Shown one piece after another: positions 25,458 through 37,583 of a stretch of 64,000 bases of DNA (within the stretch, counting starts at the first letter, position 1; every line of letters begins with the position of its first letter). Source of the stretch: Azolla caroliniana (lineage: Eukaryota; Plantae; Polypodiophyta); assembly GCA_043228905.1 (NCBI GenBank), contig JBHGNT010000002.1:8928001-8992000 (forward strand), in the 5' to 3' direction. The translations under genes and the position numbers were made by a program. Under the pieces are notes generated by a model. That model did no database searches. It saw nothing but the letters and a program-made list of their open reading frames with translations, and was not told the origin of the DNA.

Positions 25458-26976
25458 ATCGTTGATGCACTAAGTCGCATCCGTGAAGTTAACATGATTA
25501 GCTTCACTGAAATAACATCAGATCTTTATGATCACCTTCGAGGAAAGTATCCTGATGACAATTATTTCACAAAATACTGGGCAAGAGTTGAGTCTAGAAC
25601 AGACACCACCACATCCTCGAAGGAATACTTCCACATTGCTAACGATCTGCTCTACCGTAATGCTAACGATTTGCCTGAGGTCAAAAAGAGAATTCTTTTT
25701 GAATGCCATGATGCACCCTAAGTAGGGCACCCTGGAATACATCGTACACTCGTTCTCATCTCCACTCAATTTTATTGGCCTAAGATCCTGACATACATAG
25801 CTATGTGACTAAATGTCACCAAGGTCAGGTTAACAAAGCCGAGTGACTTAAAGCCGCAGGACTTTTACATCCCTTGGACATTCCCAATAATAAGTGGGAA
25901 AGTATATCCATGGATTTTATTGTTAGCCTTCCTCGCACCAAGAAAGGCTATGATGCCATCTAGGTTGTGGTTGATAGACTAACTAAAATGGCAGATTTAT
26001 TGCTACTAAAACCACGGTAACAACTCCTGAATTGACTTACCAATTCATTGACGAGTTATTTCGTTTTTATGGGTTACCGATGGATATCGTGAGTGATCGA
26101 GATCCAAAATTTACTAGTGACTTCTGGACGCAAGTCTTCAAGAAGTTAGAAACTACATTGAGCATGAGCTCCACGGATCATCCTCAATCCGATGGACAGA
26201 CAGAACGAGTAAATCAAATTATTGAGGACATGCTTCGAGCATACGTTGGTGCAAAACCAACAAAATAGGAACGTTATCTCCCAATTTTGGAGTTTGCTTA
26301 TAACAGCTCCAAGCATATGTCGACCGGATATAGTCCTTTTATGTTGATGTATGGTTTTCAGCCATGAGCCCTGATTGATGTTAATATACATCATGATGAG
26401 TTGCGAAGTACGCAAAAATTTCTTCGGGATATGCAAGATATGTTGCATATTGCACGAGATAATAAAAAAACAGCTCAAGATAGAGCGCATTTTTATGCCG
26501 ATCATCATAGGCAACCTCATGTATTCAACCCTGGATAGAAGGTATTTTTACGTGTACCTCACAATTCTAAGACACTGTCTAAGGGTAAGTGCGCAAAGTT
26601 AGCCCCACGGTTTTATGGACCTTTTACAGTCCTCAAACGCATTGGGTCATCAGCCTATCGTCTCGCTCTTCCCGATGGTGTTGAAATTCATCTAGTTTTT
26701 CATGTGAGTCGTCTAAAAGAACTTCTAGGTTCTGGCGACAATACAATTACAACTGAAACTCTAGTTACTTCTGAAGAATTATCTTCTAAACCACACGTAC
26801 CCGAAGAAATTCTCGATGTTAAAACAAAAAATTACGTACTAAAGAAATATGAGAATTTAAAATAAAATGGATGGATAAATCAATAAAAGATGCCACATGG
26901 GAATGCGAAAATACTCTAAGAACTAACTTCCCTAACTTTCCATTGCAAGAGTGCACTGTTTTAAAGAGGGGGAGTA

Positions 26977-27432
26977 TGTTACGAGCATACCCATATAATA
27001 TCCCGTGGTGAGAATTTACCGTAGAATTCTATACACGTGGAGAAGTGTGAGGGTTAAACGAGAGTGTAAAGAAGGGCATGATTACTTTTAATCCTCATGA
27101 TTGAGACAACCCATTCGGCCAAGTGTGAACTTGCCTAGGGGCCTTGGGTATCGCTATAAATAAGAGGCCTAGCTACCCTCATTGGATCATCTTGTTGACT
27201 ATGTCGAGACTCTGTCTTGTGGTAGGTCAATTCTTGTAGTGAGCGCACCAGCGCCAGGTATGACTCGACGCCACGGCGGTGGTATGGGACGCCGATCGAG
27301 GCTCGAGTCCGTCTCGATCCCTTCGCTCGGGGTGGTCGGGTGGATCGGCACCCTTCTTTCTCTCTCTCCTTTTTATCTATTTATCTATATTCTATCCTTA
27401 TCTAATGCTTACATTCGTTCATGTCTCTAACA
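26977..27432 (+). repeat. 3' LTR of chromovirus
   Basis: Follows PPT; TGTTAC...TAACA. Confidence 0.93.
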
Positions 27433-27670
27433 GAAGGGGGAGTTTGTTAGGAATATGTCCCTCTAGTGGGAGGAGCCGACTGCTCGGAGAGAGCCGACAG
27501 TCGAAGACAGGGAGCAACCGACTAATCGGATCAGAGTTGACGGTTGAGGAGTCGGCCTAGAGAGAGTTGATCGAGGTCGAATACACGACCGACTAATCGG
27601 GCCGACCGGATGGTTGATGACCAGGCCGACTAGTTGGATCGACCCGACACTGGATGGATTGAGAAGAAGA
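27433..27670 (+). mobile_element. PPT and truncated LTR of the Copia at 18526
   Basis: GAAGGGGGAGTT then TGTTAGGAATATGTCCCTC (27445), similar to 2789-2825. Confidence 0.7.
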
Positions 27671-29527
27671 ACAAAGTATTTCTCCTGTTTTCGGGACCTG
27701 AAAAGTCTAGTTGAAAGGGAAACAGAGAGGAAGATCAAGTGTCTAAGATCAGATGATGGAAAAGAATACTTTTTTGGCCAGTTCATGAGCTATCTATAGA
27801 CAAAGGGAATCTAGAGGGAGTTCTCCTACAGATACACACCGGAGTAGAACGATGTGGCCAAGAGACAGAACCAGAAGATGGTCAAAGAGGCCAAAGCGAT
27901 GTTGGAAGTGAAGAGCATGCCCATACTCTTTTTGGCCGAAGTGATCAGGACATCCATTTATATACAAAATTGGATTTGTACTACCAGAGCAAAGGTGTCT
28001 CCGTATGATCTCTATTTTGGGCACATCTCAGGGTGTTCGGTAGCATCACATATGTGCGTATACCGAACGAGAGACGAAGGGAGTTGGATGCCAAGGCCCA
28101 GAAATGTATTTTTTAGCAAGTAACTGCTACAACCCCCGGATAAAGCAAGTACGGGTGAGTCGTGATGTCATCTTTGATGAATTGGCATCTTGGTACTCCC
28201 TTCCGTTTCCGACTCATGAAGAGTCCGAGCTGATATCTGGGGAAGAGGCTAGTGAGGTTGGCCCTCTGAATGAGGAAGATATCAGCACTCTAGAAGAGAC
28301 TCTTCTCACATTCCGGCTAGAAGAGATTGAGTTAGAATGACCAGTCAAATGAGGAGCAAGTGAGTAGCGATGACTCGGTCGTGGAGTCCCCCCGCTAGAA
28401 GCCAAGGAGACGGCCTACACGCAAGGAGAAGGGATAGATGAAGATGCATGAATATGGCATAGAGGTCGGTGCATCGGATCAGGGTGCATCCAACGCAACC
28501 ATGAGTGAAGATGAACCTGATGCATTGAAGTAAGAGTCGGCCAAGATGGCCAGGAAATTGGCAAAACAAAACTTGCGTTTATAAACTTGCCGGAAGAACC
28601 CTGTAGTTCAGTACGACTACATCGACTACATGGCACATCACTATACGTACATGGCAAAGGTGACAGAAGTATGTGAGTGAGAGAGCTACTCATAAGTGGT
28701 GAAGGATGCCAATTGGCGGAGGGCCATGGAGGAAGAGATGCGCACATTGACGGAAAATGAGATATGGGATCTTGTTGATATCCCCAAGGGTGTGAAGCCA
28801 ATCTTATGTAGGCAGGTGTACAAGGCAAAGTACCACGTCGACGGCTCCATCAACCAATACAAGGCCCGACTAGTGACCAAAGGCTACAGACAACAGCACA
28901 ACATCGACTACGACGAGACATTCGTGTTGGTTGCCAAAAAAACAATTGTTCGGGAGTTGCTACCGGTAGCGGCAGCCAAGCGATGGCACCTACACCATAT
29001 GGACGTGAAAAACGCATTCCTATAAGGAGAACTTGAGGAACAAGAATACATGGTGCAACTTCCTGGAATTTAGTACGTATTGAACATGTTAGCCATCTAT
29101 CGACTGAAGAAGTGCATCCCTCTATGAACTCAAGCAAGCCTCGCTGGCCTGGAACGCAAAGATCATGAAGAGGTTGTGTAGAATGGGGTTTGGTCTGTTG
29201 AAATCAAACTCTTCACTTTTCATCCAGTAGGGTCGAAATGGGCGAATAAGCATTCTTATATATGTTGATGATCTAGTTATCTTAGTGCCGACCTGGATGA
29301 AATCGGCCATGTGAAGTCCCAACTTACGACATCATTCAACATGAAGGATCAGGGGAACCTTCATAACTTCCTCGGGATAGAAGTGATCTGCAACCTCGAA
29401 GGCATACTAATCAGCCAAAGGTACTATGTGTTGAGTATGCTCTTGAAGTTCGGAATGACAGACTGTGAATCCGTCTCGACTCCTCTAGACTAAAACGTGA
29501 AGCTTTGCCCTGAATTAGAAACGACGT
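27671..29527 (+). pseudogene. Copia INT-RT fragment (family C2-like)
   Basis: KIKCLRSDDGKEY, YKARLVTKGY, HMDVKNAFL, YVDDL. Confidence 0.85.
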
Positions 29528-30557
29528 TGTCATGAAGATTTTCGGCATCGGTGTGAAAATTGCGAGGAACATACAAAATTAAGTGTGGTTCTTCACACAC
29601 AATATGAAACAATAGTCGAAAGGTATTATTTTAGATTATTTTAATATCTTCATACGAAAAGATGGATGTCTTTAAAGGCTTCCGAACGCATTTTACTACA
29701 TATGAAATGGACAACTAAATATCAAGTTATGTGTGTGTGAAGTTTGAGAAGAAGAGGAAAACAAAACTGTGAGATATCCCACATAGATAGGACACATCAG
29801 GATCCTAGATTATATAAGCATATCCAAAACTTCTTATTTCATATCTCTTTGTATAAAGCATAGAATGGTTGGGGTGAATCAAACCTCATTGTTTGAATAG
29901 ATAAATGTGGATGTATTGCTTGGAATGGTTTTGGCTTGGTCGAGATGGGCCTACGCGGCACGGTCCGGTCAAGACGCATGTGTGCGCACAGTCATGGTGC
30001 ACGGCTTGGTCGTGACGCGACTAAAGCCTAGTAAAAACATAAATCGTATAAGAAGGGGTGCAAGGAAGAATATGAACCTTGCACCTCCTAAATAAGAGCC
30101 AATTAACTTACCATTAAACCAAGCCATGTCCTTATACATTCATCATTATATTCTTCTTATGTAAATTCTCATATATGAGAGCTTAAAAGAGTGACATGGT
30201 TATCATGTGTCACATGTAATGCATGAGCACCGAATGGCAAACATGCATCATATGCATGGGGGAATCTATAAAAGAGGGGAGGAAAAAGAAAAGGATATCA
30301 AGCAAACTATGTACTAATCAAGAAATTAATAAAGAGAAAATTCGTTATCCAATTGAGGATGTATCTTGTCTCACAAATCTAAAGTGAAGGGTTCAATCTC
30401 GAGCTCAATCTCTCTCTGTCCATATCAATCTCTCTCAATGTATCTTAAATACTCTATCACTAAAGCTAGTACAAACTTTGAATCCTTCCGGTCCAGGATC
30501 CCGACAGTTCCACCTCACGATCCGCACATAGTGACAGATTTTCACGACATAATTAAG

Positions 30558-30573
30558 TGGTGAACCCACCGTG
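30558..30573 (+). promoter_or_regulatory. Primer-binding site, tRNA-Trp type (2 mismatches)
   Basis: TGGTGAACCCACCGTG vs TGGTGAACCCGACGTG, the complement of the plant cytosolic tRNA-Trp 3' end as recalled. Confidence 0.75.
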
Positions 30574-30587
30574 AACGAGGCGGTAGG

Positions 30588-30974
30588 TGTGAGGGTTAAA
30601 CGAGAGTGTAAAGAAGGGCAGAATTACTTTTAAATCCTCGGGATTGAGACAACCCATTAGGCCAAGTGTGAACATGGCTGGGGGCCTTGGGTATCGCTAT
30701 AAATAGAGGCCTAACTACCCTCATTTCATTATCTTGTTGACTACGTTGAGACTCTGTATTGTGGTGGGTCAACTCTTGTAGTGAGCGCGCCAGCACTAGG
30801 TACGACTCGACGCCATGGTGGTGGTATGGGACGCCGATTAAGGCTCGAGTCCGTTTCGATCCCTTCGCTCGAGGGTGGTCGGGTGGATCGGAACCCTCCT
30901 TTCTCTCTCTCCTTTCTTTCTATCTACCTAGATCTATCATTATCTAATGCTTACTTTAGTACATGTCTCTAATA
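30588..30974 (+). mobile_element. Solo LTR of the chromovirus family (short variant), TSD GTAGG
   Basis: Matches 19066-19455; GTAGG on both sides. Confidence 0.92.
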
Positions 30975-33749
30975 GTAGGAAGGATCAAGTCGAAGATCAA
31001 CTGATACTTGGAGATGGCATCCTCAAGCAATCAAGCGGGAGAGTTCGAAAGGATGATGTTAATCGTCGAACAAATGATGAGATCTCGGGACAACGATGTT
31101 GTGGAGGTCGAGGCTCAATTTGATGGAAGGAACATTACCAAGTTCCTTGATGCATACAAAAGGGAGATGAATCAGAGGGACATGTCCAAAGCATGTCAAA
31201 TCACAAGTTTCAAAAGAGTTGTCACCAACAACGTCCAAAGGTGCGTCATCGAGATTCAAGAAGGCAAGACAACATGGTCCAAGTTCGAGAAAGCAATATT
31301 AGTGGAGTTCGCGACGGAAGATTTGTCGAGGATGACTCGACATGTCTTGATGAAGTGGATAGAGAAGAAGAATAAGAAGATGAGCGCCTCGAGGGTGTAT
31401 GACGAGTTCGACCAAATGTTTAATCGTCTCCCCACCACAGACCAAGTGCTACTTGAGGAGGAGAAGTCTTTGTACATCCTGAAAGTTGTGGATATGAAGG
31501 ATAGAAGAGAATTGGGAACTCTCCTCGAAGATGACACCCAAGCAAACGGACTTGTGGTAGACTGGATTGCGGTGAAGTGTGCGTGCAACATGGATGGCAA
31601 CATGATCTGCTCGAATGAAACCAGAAGACCCCTGTGAGTGAATTTCGGAAGAGGAGGAATGAAGAAAGCTATGGACGATGCTGAGGCGACTCATGTGGAT
31701 GCGATGCACTATGCTGCATTGGCCAAAATAAGAGTCGAGAAAGACAAAACCGAAGCCATTAGAGCGGGAGCAAAGTTTTGGTCTACCATTCTTGAGTATG
31801 AGAAGAACGGAAATGTCACCTCGAACGAGGTAGAGCTTGCGAACCGAAGTGTGCAAAGTATAATTGGATGGTCGGATCTAGTGGATGACAATACCATACT
31901 CGCGGAAGTGATGTGTGACAACCACGAGGTGTCCGTGGATGAAAAGAGAAAAAGAATGGAAGGGCAAGACAACCCATCAAAATGACATGAAACAAGGAAT
32001 GCGAAAAAGAAAGAAGATGTAGAAACAAGTCAAGCTTTACGAACGGAGGAAGGAGAATCAAGCCGAAAAGGGGAGTCAAGCAAACAAGTCGAAGAAACGG
32101 TTTGCCCCGTAAGGGTTGATGTCGAAGACCCCGCTCGGAAGACAAGAACTATGCCTACCTATAAGCTAAGGTCGGACATAGAGCAGACGACAGATCTGAA
32201 GAAGATTCTCGAGGAACGTGTTCTTGATAGCCACGTGACCTTGTCCTTGAGAGAATTGCTCGGCATTACGAAGGAGTTCCATGATACGATCGTGGACCTT
32301 GTAAAGAAAAAAGGCAACAGTCGGACGAGGAAGAAGAGAGGCCACTAAAAGCAAAAACAAAAGCCATAATGATGGCAAGGAATAAAGTCGATGAAGATAT
32401 GGTGGACAGCCACTATACTCGACCTCATCAGGCACGAGCGACAACGGAGACACCAGTGAAGATCGGGGAGAAGAAAGAGACTGTGGTAGCCTTGATTGAC
32501 CATGGCTCGGAGATCAACCTCATGTCAACCGAGTTCTACAAAAAAGGAAGATGGCCAATTAATACAAACCACGGATTGAAGATTCAAGCGGCAACAAAAG
32601 CCACAAAGGACTTGTATGGAGCTTGTCCCAATGTTAAAGTCACGATTGGGGATATGGAGATGGATCAACACTTCTTCGTGCAAGAATCGGCTTCACATCC
32701 TGTCATCCTAGGACAACTGTATATCACATCATCCTAGATGGAGACCAAGGTGTTCGATAATGGAGCAACCTTCGCGCGAGTCAAGAGCATTGGCAGTCAA
32801 AGATCTGTTCAATTCCTAACGATGCGAGCTAATCACGAAAGGAACCGAGATAACCTTGGAGGCGAATCCTCAAATTTTTAGAGTGGACTATTGAAGCATG
32901 GGGCAGAAATACTCCGAGCGATCACAAGTCCCCACAAGAAAGTAGAGCGTGTGGGTTGCGAGGAGAAGCAACATGTGTCACACCTAGTGCCGCATGTAAA
33001 CTAGCACTACTCAACAAGAAGGACAAGCATCGGATACAATACTTCGAGAAGTTGCTAAAGAAAGAAAACATAATAGAAGAAGAAGAATTCATGACTCATA
33101 TTATGGAAGAAGCCTCATTTAACGACACCATCGGCGAAATCGAGGAAGTCGTGAACTTGAGCTATCTTCACGATCAACACGTGATTTTGGTTAATTCTAT
33201 CAACATGTACGCTATCATCGATGAATATCATCGAAGCATCTTGATGGAGGAAGCTGACATCAACACAAAATATAAAACGATGGATAGAAAGATCAAGCCA
33301 GTTGCGGTTCCGCTACCGAAAGACAGCTGGCAAAAGATGAAGGAAGTCACTAATGATCCAAGCTTAAGGGATCCGAAAGCTATTAGGTCATGTCTTCACC
33401 GAAGACACGAAAGGGAAGCTACGAGTTGGAAGGGAGGATTTCCTCCTCCCTAAAGAGGAGCAAATGTTCCACGGAATGCTTGAGAGGCATGGCAAAGCCT
33501 TCGCCTTCTCTGCACAAGAGATCGGATGTGCCGACCCAAGATTATAGAGCCGATAGAGGAGCAAAGGTTCTCAACGAACGACAGCAAAGATACGCCCAAG
33601 TCAAGCTGGAACTTTGGGGTATTGTGTCTACAGTGAAGATGGACAAAGACTACCTGATCGGGTCAGAAGTGATAATTGAGATAGATTGTCTCCCAATCCT
33701 CGGGATGATCTCAGGATGTGCGACACCAGATCTGACTATGATAACACGG

Positions 33750-34214
33750 TGTCGAATATCTGGTCCTTTGTCTATTCGACTCCAGATCTTGTTTTTGGGA
33801 AAAAGAGTTCATTTCGCTTCGAATCGTTCGGGACTCCAAACTGTATGGACTTACGTATGAATCGAATAGGGAATGACTGTATGACTGTGGAGATGGGCAA
33901 GCCGGCTATAACCGGCTGGTTACACAACATTTACACAAAACATAGAGACTCGACACAAAGAAATTACGACATAGTTCTTACTCAAGGTATCAGGGGGTAA
34001 ACAAAATTCTATTACAATCGCACTGATACAATATGATTCGATTAACCATGATAAGCTTTCCATGGTCCTTTTTATAGAGCTCATGGACAGTTACGACTAT
34101 GTGTGAGCCACTACTGCGTATTCAATAATTTACTATTTTCTATTCACTATTTCCTACTCTTGCTTCTTTATTGCATCGCTCGGTCCTACCCACTATTAAT
34201 TCGACTTGTAGACA
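33750..34214 (-). mobile_element. LTR (probable 3' LTR) of another Gypsy-like family
   Basis: TGTCGAA...TAGACA termini; PPT-like TTCACCCCTTCC adjacent; interrupts RNase H frame after ACGG. Confidence 0.6.
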
Positions 34215-34249
34215 TTTTCACCCCTTCCACACTTGGTCGTCCTGAACCG

Positions 34250-34423
34250 GCCAACATGCACAAGCTTCCGCATATTGCAAACCTTTACAGGTACCTATGC
34301 GACACTGAGAATCTACAACTGACCTTTGGATCGAACCATCCGACCAAGGTTGAGGGCTTCACCGATTCCAATTATGTCGGCAACCCCAAAAATCGGAAAT
34401 TGACATCAGGATATGTCTTCACT
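34250..34423 (+). pseudogene. Copia RT/RNase H junction fragment
   Basis: LQLTFGSNHPTKVEGFTDSNYVGNPKNRKLTSGYVFT, similar to 50250-50370. Confidence 0.75.
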
Positions 34424-35668
34424 TGTCGACATAAAAGGTTGAATCCTTCCACTTTGTATCCTAGTGTGTGGACATGTCCAAATAGTTAGGGCTTAGTATA
34501 TACGCAATAACCTAACATTGTAACAATGACTTCTTGATCATTTCTTTATCTTGCATCTCTTATAGAGAGAGAGAATAGAAATAGAGAAAACTTCCATTGG
34601 AGCTTGAACAATGTCTATGCTTCAATGATCTTTTCAGTCATATGCTCTGTGTTGTTTGCCGAGTACATAACCTACAGGTCCTTACATAGTTCCGCATAAA
34701 TCTTTCAGCAATCTCCATCAAGTGGTATCAGAGGGACTTGTTGTTCGGCGAAAACAAAAGAAGCAGAGAAAGTTGAAAAAGAAGACAAGGTCAGTAAAAA
34801 GCTCAGTTTCGAAAAAAGAATATGGCTTCAACATCCGGAACAAGAGTTGAAATCCGAAAGTTCGATGGCAAAAATTTTGCCTTGTGGAAGGAGAGAATGC
34901 AGGATGTGTTGATCATTAGGAGACAAGTCAAAGCTATTCGACATAGAGAAAAACCCGCTAAGATGTCACTAGAAGAGTGGAGATCACTAGACGAAATCGC
35001 ACACTCCACCATACGAATGCATTTGGCCGAGAATGTCTATTTCAGCATGCCCAAAGAGACAACAACTTTCTCGCTATGGGAGAAGTTGCAAGTGTACGAG
35101 AAGAAATCCATGTCTTCAAAACTAATATTGATCAGACAACTATTCAACATGAATATGAGAGACACCGATCTAGCGAGCTTCCACATCAACACCTTCAGCC
35201 GGGTGTTGTCTGAACTCTCCTCCCAAGGGATCAACTTCAAAGAATAAGTTAAAGCTCTTGCCCTCTTTTCGGGGTGTAGAATTGAACCCCAAACCACGTG
35301 GTGCGTCGACAACCAAGTAACGGATGAGGCGGGTCGGCACGCAATGGAGGTGGCCGATAGGAGCAAACTAGAAGGCATAATCGAAATGCCGACAGCAATT
35401 CCGGACCCTCCGCAAACAGGGGGAGCCAAGGAGGCACCAAACACCGACAAGGATAGGCCGAGACGGAATGTTGGTATCGTGGCAAGAAGAGCGAGTGCTG
35501 GAAGAAGGCGCCGATTGAGACAAATTCAGATCCGGCAAGGCTGAACAGGGGAGTTGGAAATGCTCATACTACGCCGAAGGATCAGAAGGATCCGAAACCA
35601 GAAAGAGTGGAAATGGATTGGGTTCAGCCTTTGTGATGAAGCACAAGGATAATTCGATGAAGGCAAGT
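34424..35668 (+). mobile_element. Copia 5' part (LTR 34424-34720, PBS, gag)
   Basis: TGGTATCAGAG at 34723; MASTSGTRVEIRKFDGKNFALWK. Confidence 0.85.
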
Positions 35669-36490
35669 TGTTGGCATAAAAGGACGAATACTTCCACTTT
35701 ATCCAAATAGTTAGGGCTTAGTATATAAGCAATAAATTAACGTTGTAACTAAGAGCATCTTGATCATTCTTGTATCCCGAGTCTCTAAGAGAGAGAGAAC
35801 AGAGAAATAATGAAAGCTTCCATTATAGTTGTAAATTGTATCTATGCTACAGTCTATTCTCCTTCCATACCTTCGTTGCTGTTTGTTGAGCACATAACCG
35901 ACATATCCCTCATACTTCTGCATACACATCAAACATCATAACCAACAATTGTTATTAGAGAGACTTCTTCGTTCAGCAACGACGAATAGTAGAAAAAGAG
36001 GAGAAGTTATCCAACGGAAAGAAAATACTAGGTCAGTTAAATCGTACTTCCTACAAAACATGGCTTCAACATCCGTAACAGGAGTTGAAATCTGAAAGTT
36101 CAATGGCAAAAAAAATTCCTTGTGGAAGGAGATGGTGCAGGAGGTGTTGATCATTAGAAGACAAGACAAGTCAAAGCAATTCGACATAGCGAAAAACCTG
36201 TTATGATTTCAACTAAATAGTGGAGATCACTAGACGAATTTGCCTGCTCCATAATCTGAATGCATCTGGCCGAGAATTTCTATTTCAGCATGGCCAAAGA
36301 GACAACAACATTCCCATGATACTTTCTCATCATGGGAGAAGTTGCAAGCAGCGTATGAAAAGACGTCATCTTCGTCGAAACTCATATTGATTCGATAACT
36401 ACTCAATATGAAGATGAGAGAGTCAGATCCTACAACCTCCCACATCAACACCTTCAGTTGGGTGTTGCCTGAATTTTCCTCCCAAGGGAC
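35669..36490 (+). mobile_element. Second Copia 5' part of the same family (LTR 35669-35947, decayed PBS, gag)
   Basis: LTR and gag homologous to 34424-35240. Confidence 0.8.
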
Positions 36491-36961
36491 AAGAAGAAGA
36501 AGGGTTTTCTTTTCTCCCCCCAAAAGATGGTTTCGATCCCCTAAGGTCCATTCTTCTCTTTGGATCATCGAGAGCTAGCTTTTCTCCTCCCTTCTCACAC
36601 TTGCATGAAGGAACTCCAGTTTCCATCTTCACTTCAATTGTATGCGTCCACATCACCTTTACTTTACATAAAGTTTGACTTTAGTTGCATGCATTCACAT
36701 AACCTTTACTTTACTTTACTTTACTTTACTTTAGTTCTCCACATGATCCGTCCAGTTCGGTTCCGGTGTCGTGAAGAATGTGCTTCACGATATAAAAATG
36801 AGCTTAAATGTTGTATTTAATAATATTTGAGAGACTTGAACACACATCCTTATATACGATGTACAATGTACATACCACTAGGCTAGGCTATTTATTTGTA
36901 AAAGTATGTAATAAATGTGCTTCATGATATAAGAATGAAGCTATATATTGTATTAAGTAAA

Positions 36962-37025
36962 ATTGAGGGACTTGAACCCTCAACCTTGTATATCAAGCAC
37001 AAACCATACACCACTAAGCTAGGTT
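36962..37025 (-). promoter_or_regulatory. tRNA-like A-box/B-box module with intact T-arm
   Basis: Minus strand TAGCTTAGTGG ... TTGAGGG-TTCAAGT-CCCTCAA. Confidence 0.65.
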
Positions 37026-37504
37026 ATTTGTTTTAGGGTTATATCCATCATTATACTTATCCCAATACATGGGAGCTCAAATGAGCATGATGGCTATCAT
37101 GCATCACATGCAATGCATGTGCGTCAAATGGCGATCATGCATCAGATGTAACTCATGCATTACATGCATGACATTACCATATGCATGGAAATACTTATAA
37201 AAAGAGAGGAAAGGAAAACAAAAGGGAATCAAGGAATCAAGAGAGAGTGAAAAAATAATACAATCAATTGAAGAAGACTAGCTCATTGGGTGGAGAACCT
37301 CTCGTTTCGAAGTTGAGGTCGAGGGTTCAAATCAAGGGTCGGTATTGAAAAGATTCATCTTGCGATCAAGGATTGTAAAGTTGGTAAAATATTATATTTT
37401 TAATATACATCATGTTTATATCATATACTCTTGTTTCTAGAATCATATTTTGTCTAAATCTTCTTTCTTGAATCATACATTGTCTCTATCTTTTATCTAT
37501 GCTC

Positions 37505-37505
<1 letters not shown>

Positions 37506-37581
<76 letters not shown>
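37506..37581. repeat. Compound (TC)n(CA)n microsatellite in LTR
   Basis: Direct reading. Confidence 0.95.

Positions 37582-37583
<2 letters not shown>

Larger units (their letters stand above)
18997..27432 (+). mobile_element. Full-length decayed chromoviral Ty3/Gypsy, TSD GAAGG
   Basis: LTRs 18997-19455 and 26977-27432; PBS TGGTATCCGAGC at 19458; gag with CVFCKKKGHTKEQC; PR LFDSGS; RT LDDILVYS; RNase H; INT (IVSDRDPKF, HPQSDGQTERVN, GPF); chromodomain-like PEEIL...KW...ATWE at ~26800-26903; PPT 26963-26974; GAAGG on both flanks. Confidence 0.95.
29528..33749 (+). mobile_element. tRNA-Trp-primed Ty3/Gypsy, 5' part (LTR 29528-30549, gag, PR, RT deleted, RNase H part)
   Basis: TGTCATG...CACGACA; PBS; gag QFDGRNITKFL; PR ALIDHGSEINLM; KYKTMDRKIKPV; RNase H RYAQVKLELWG. 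Confidence 0.85.
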
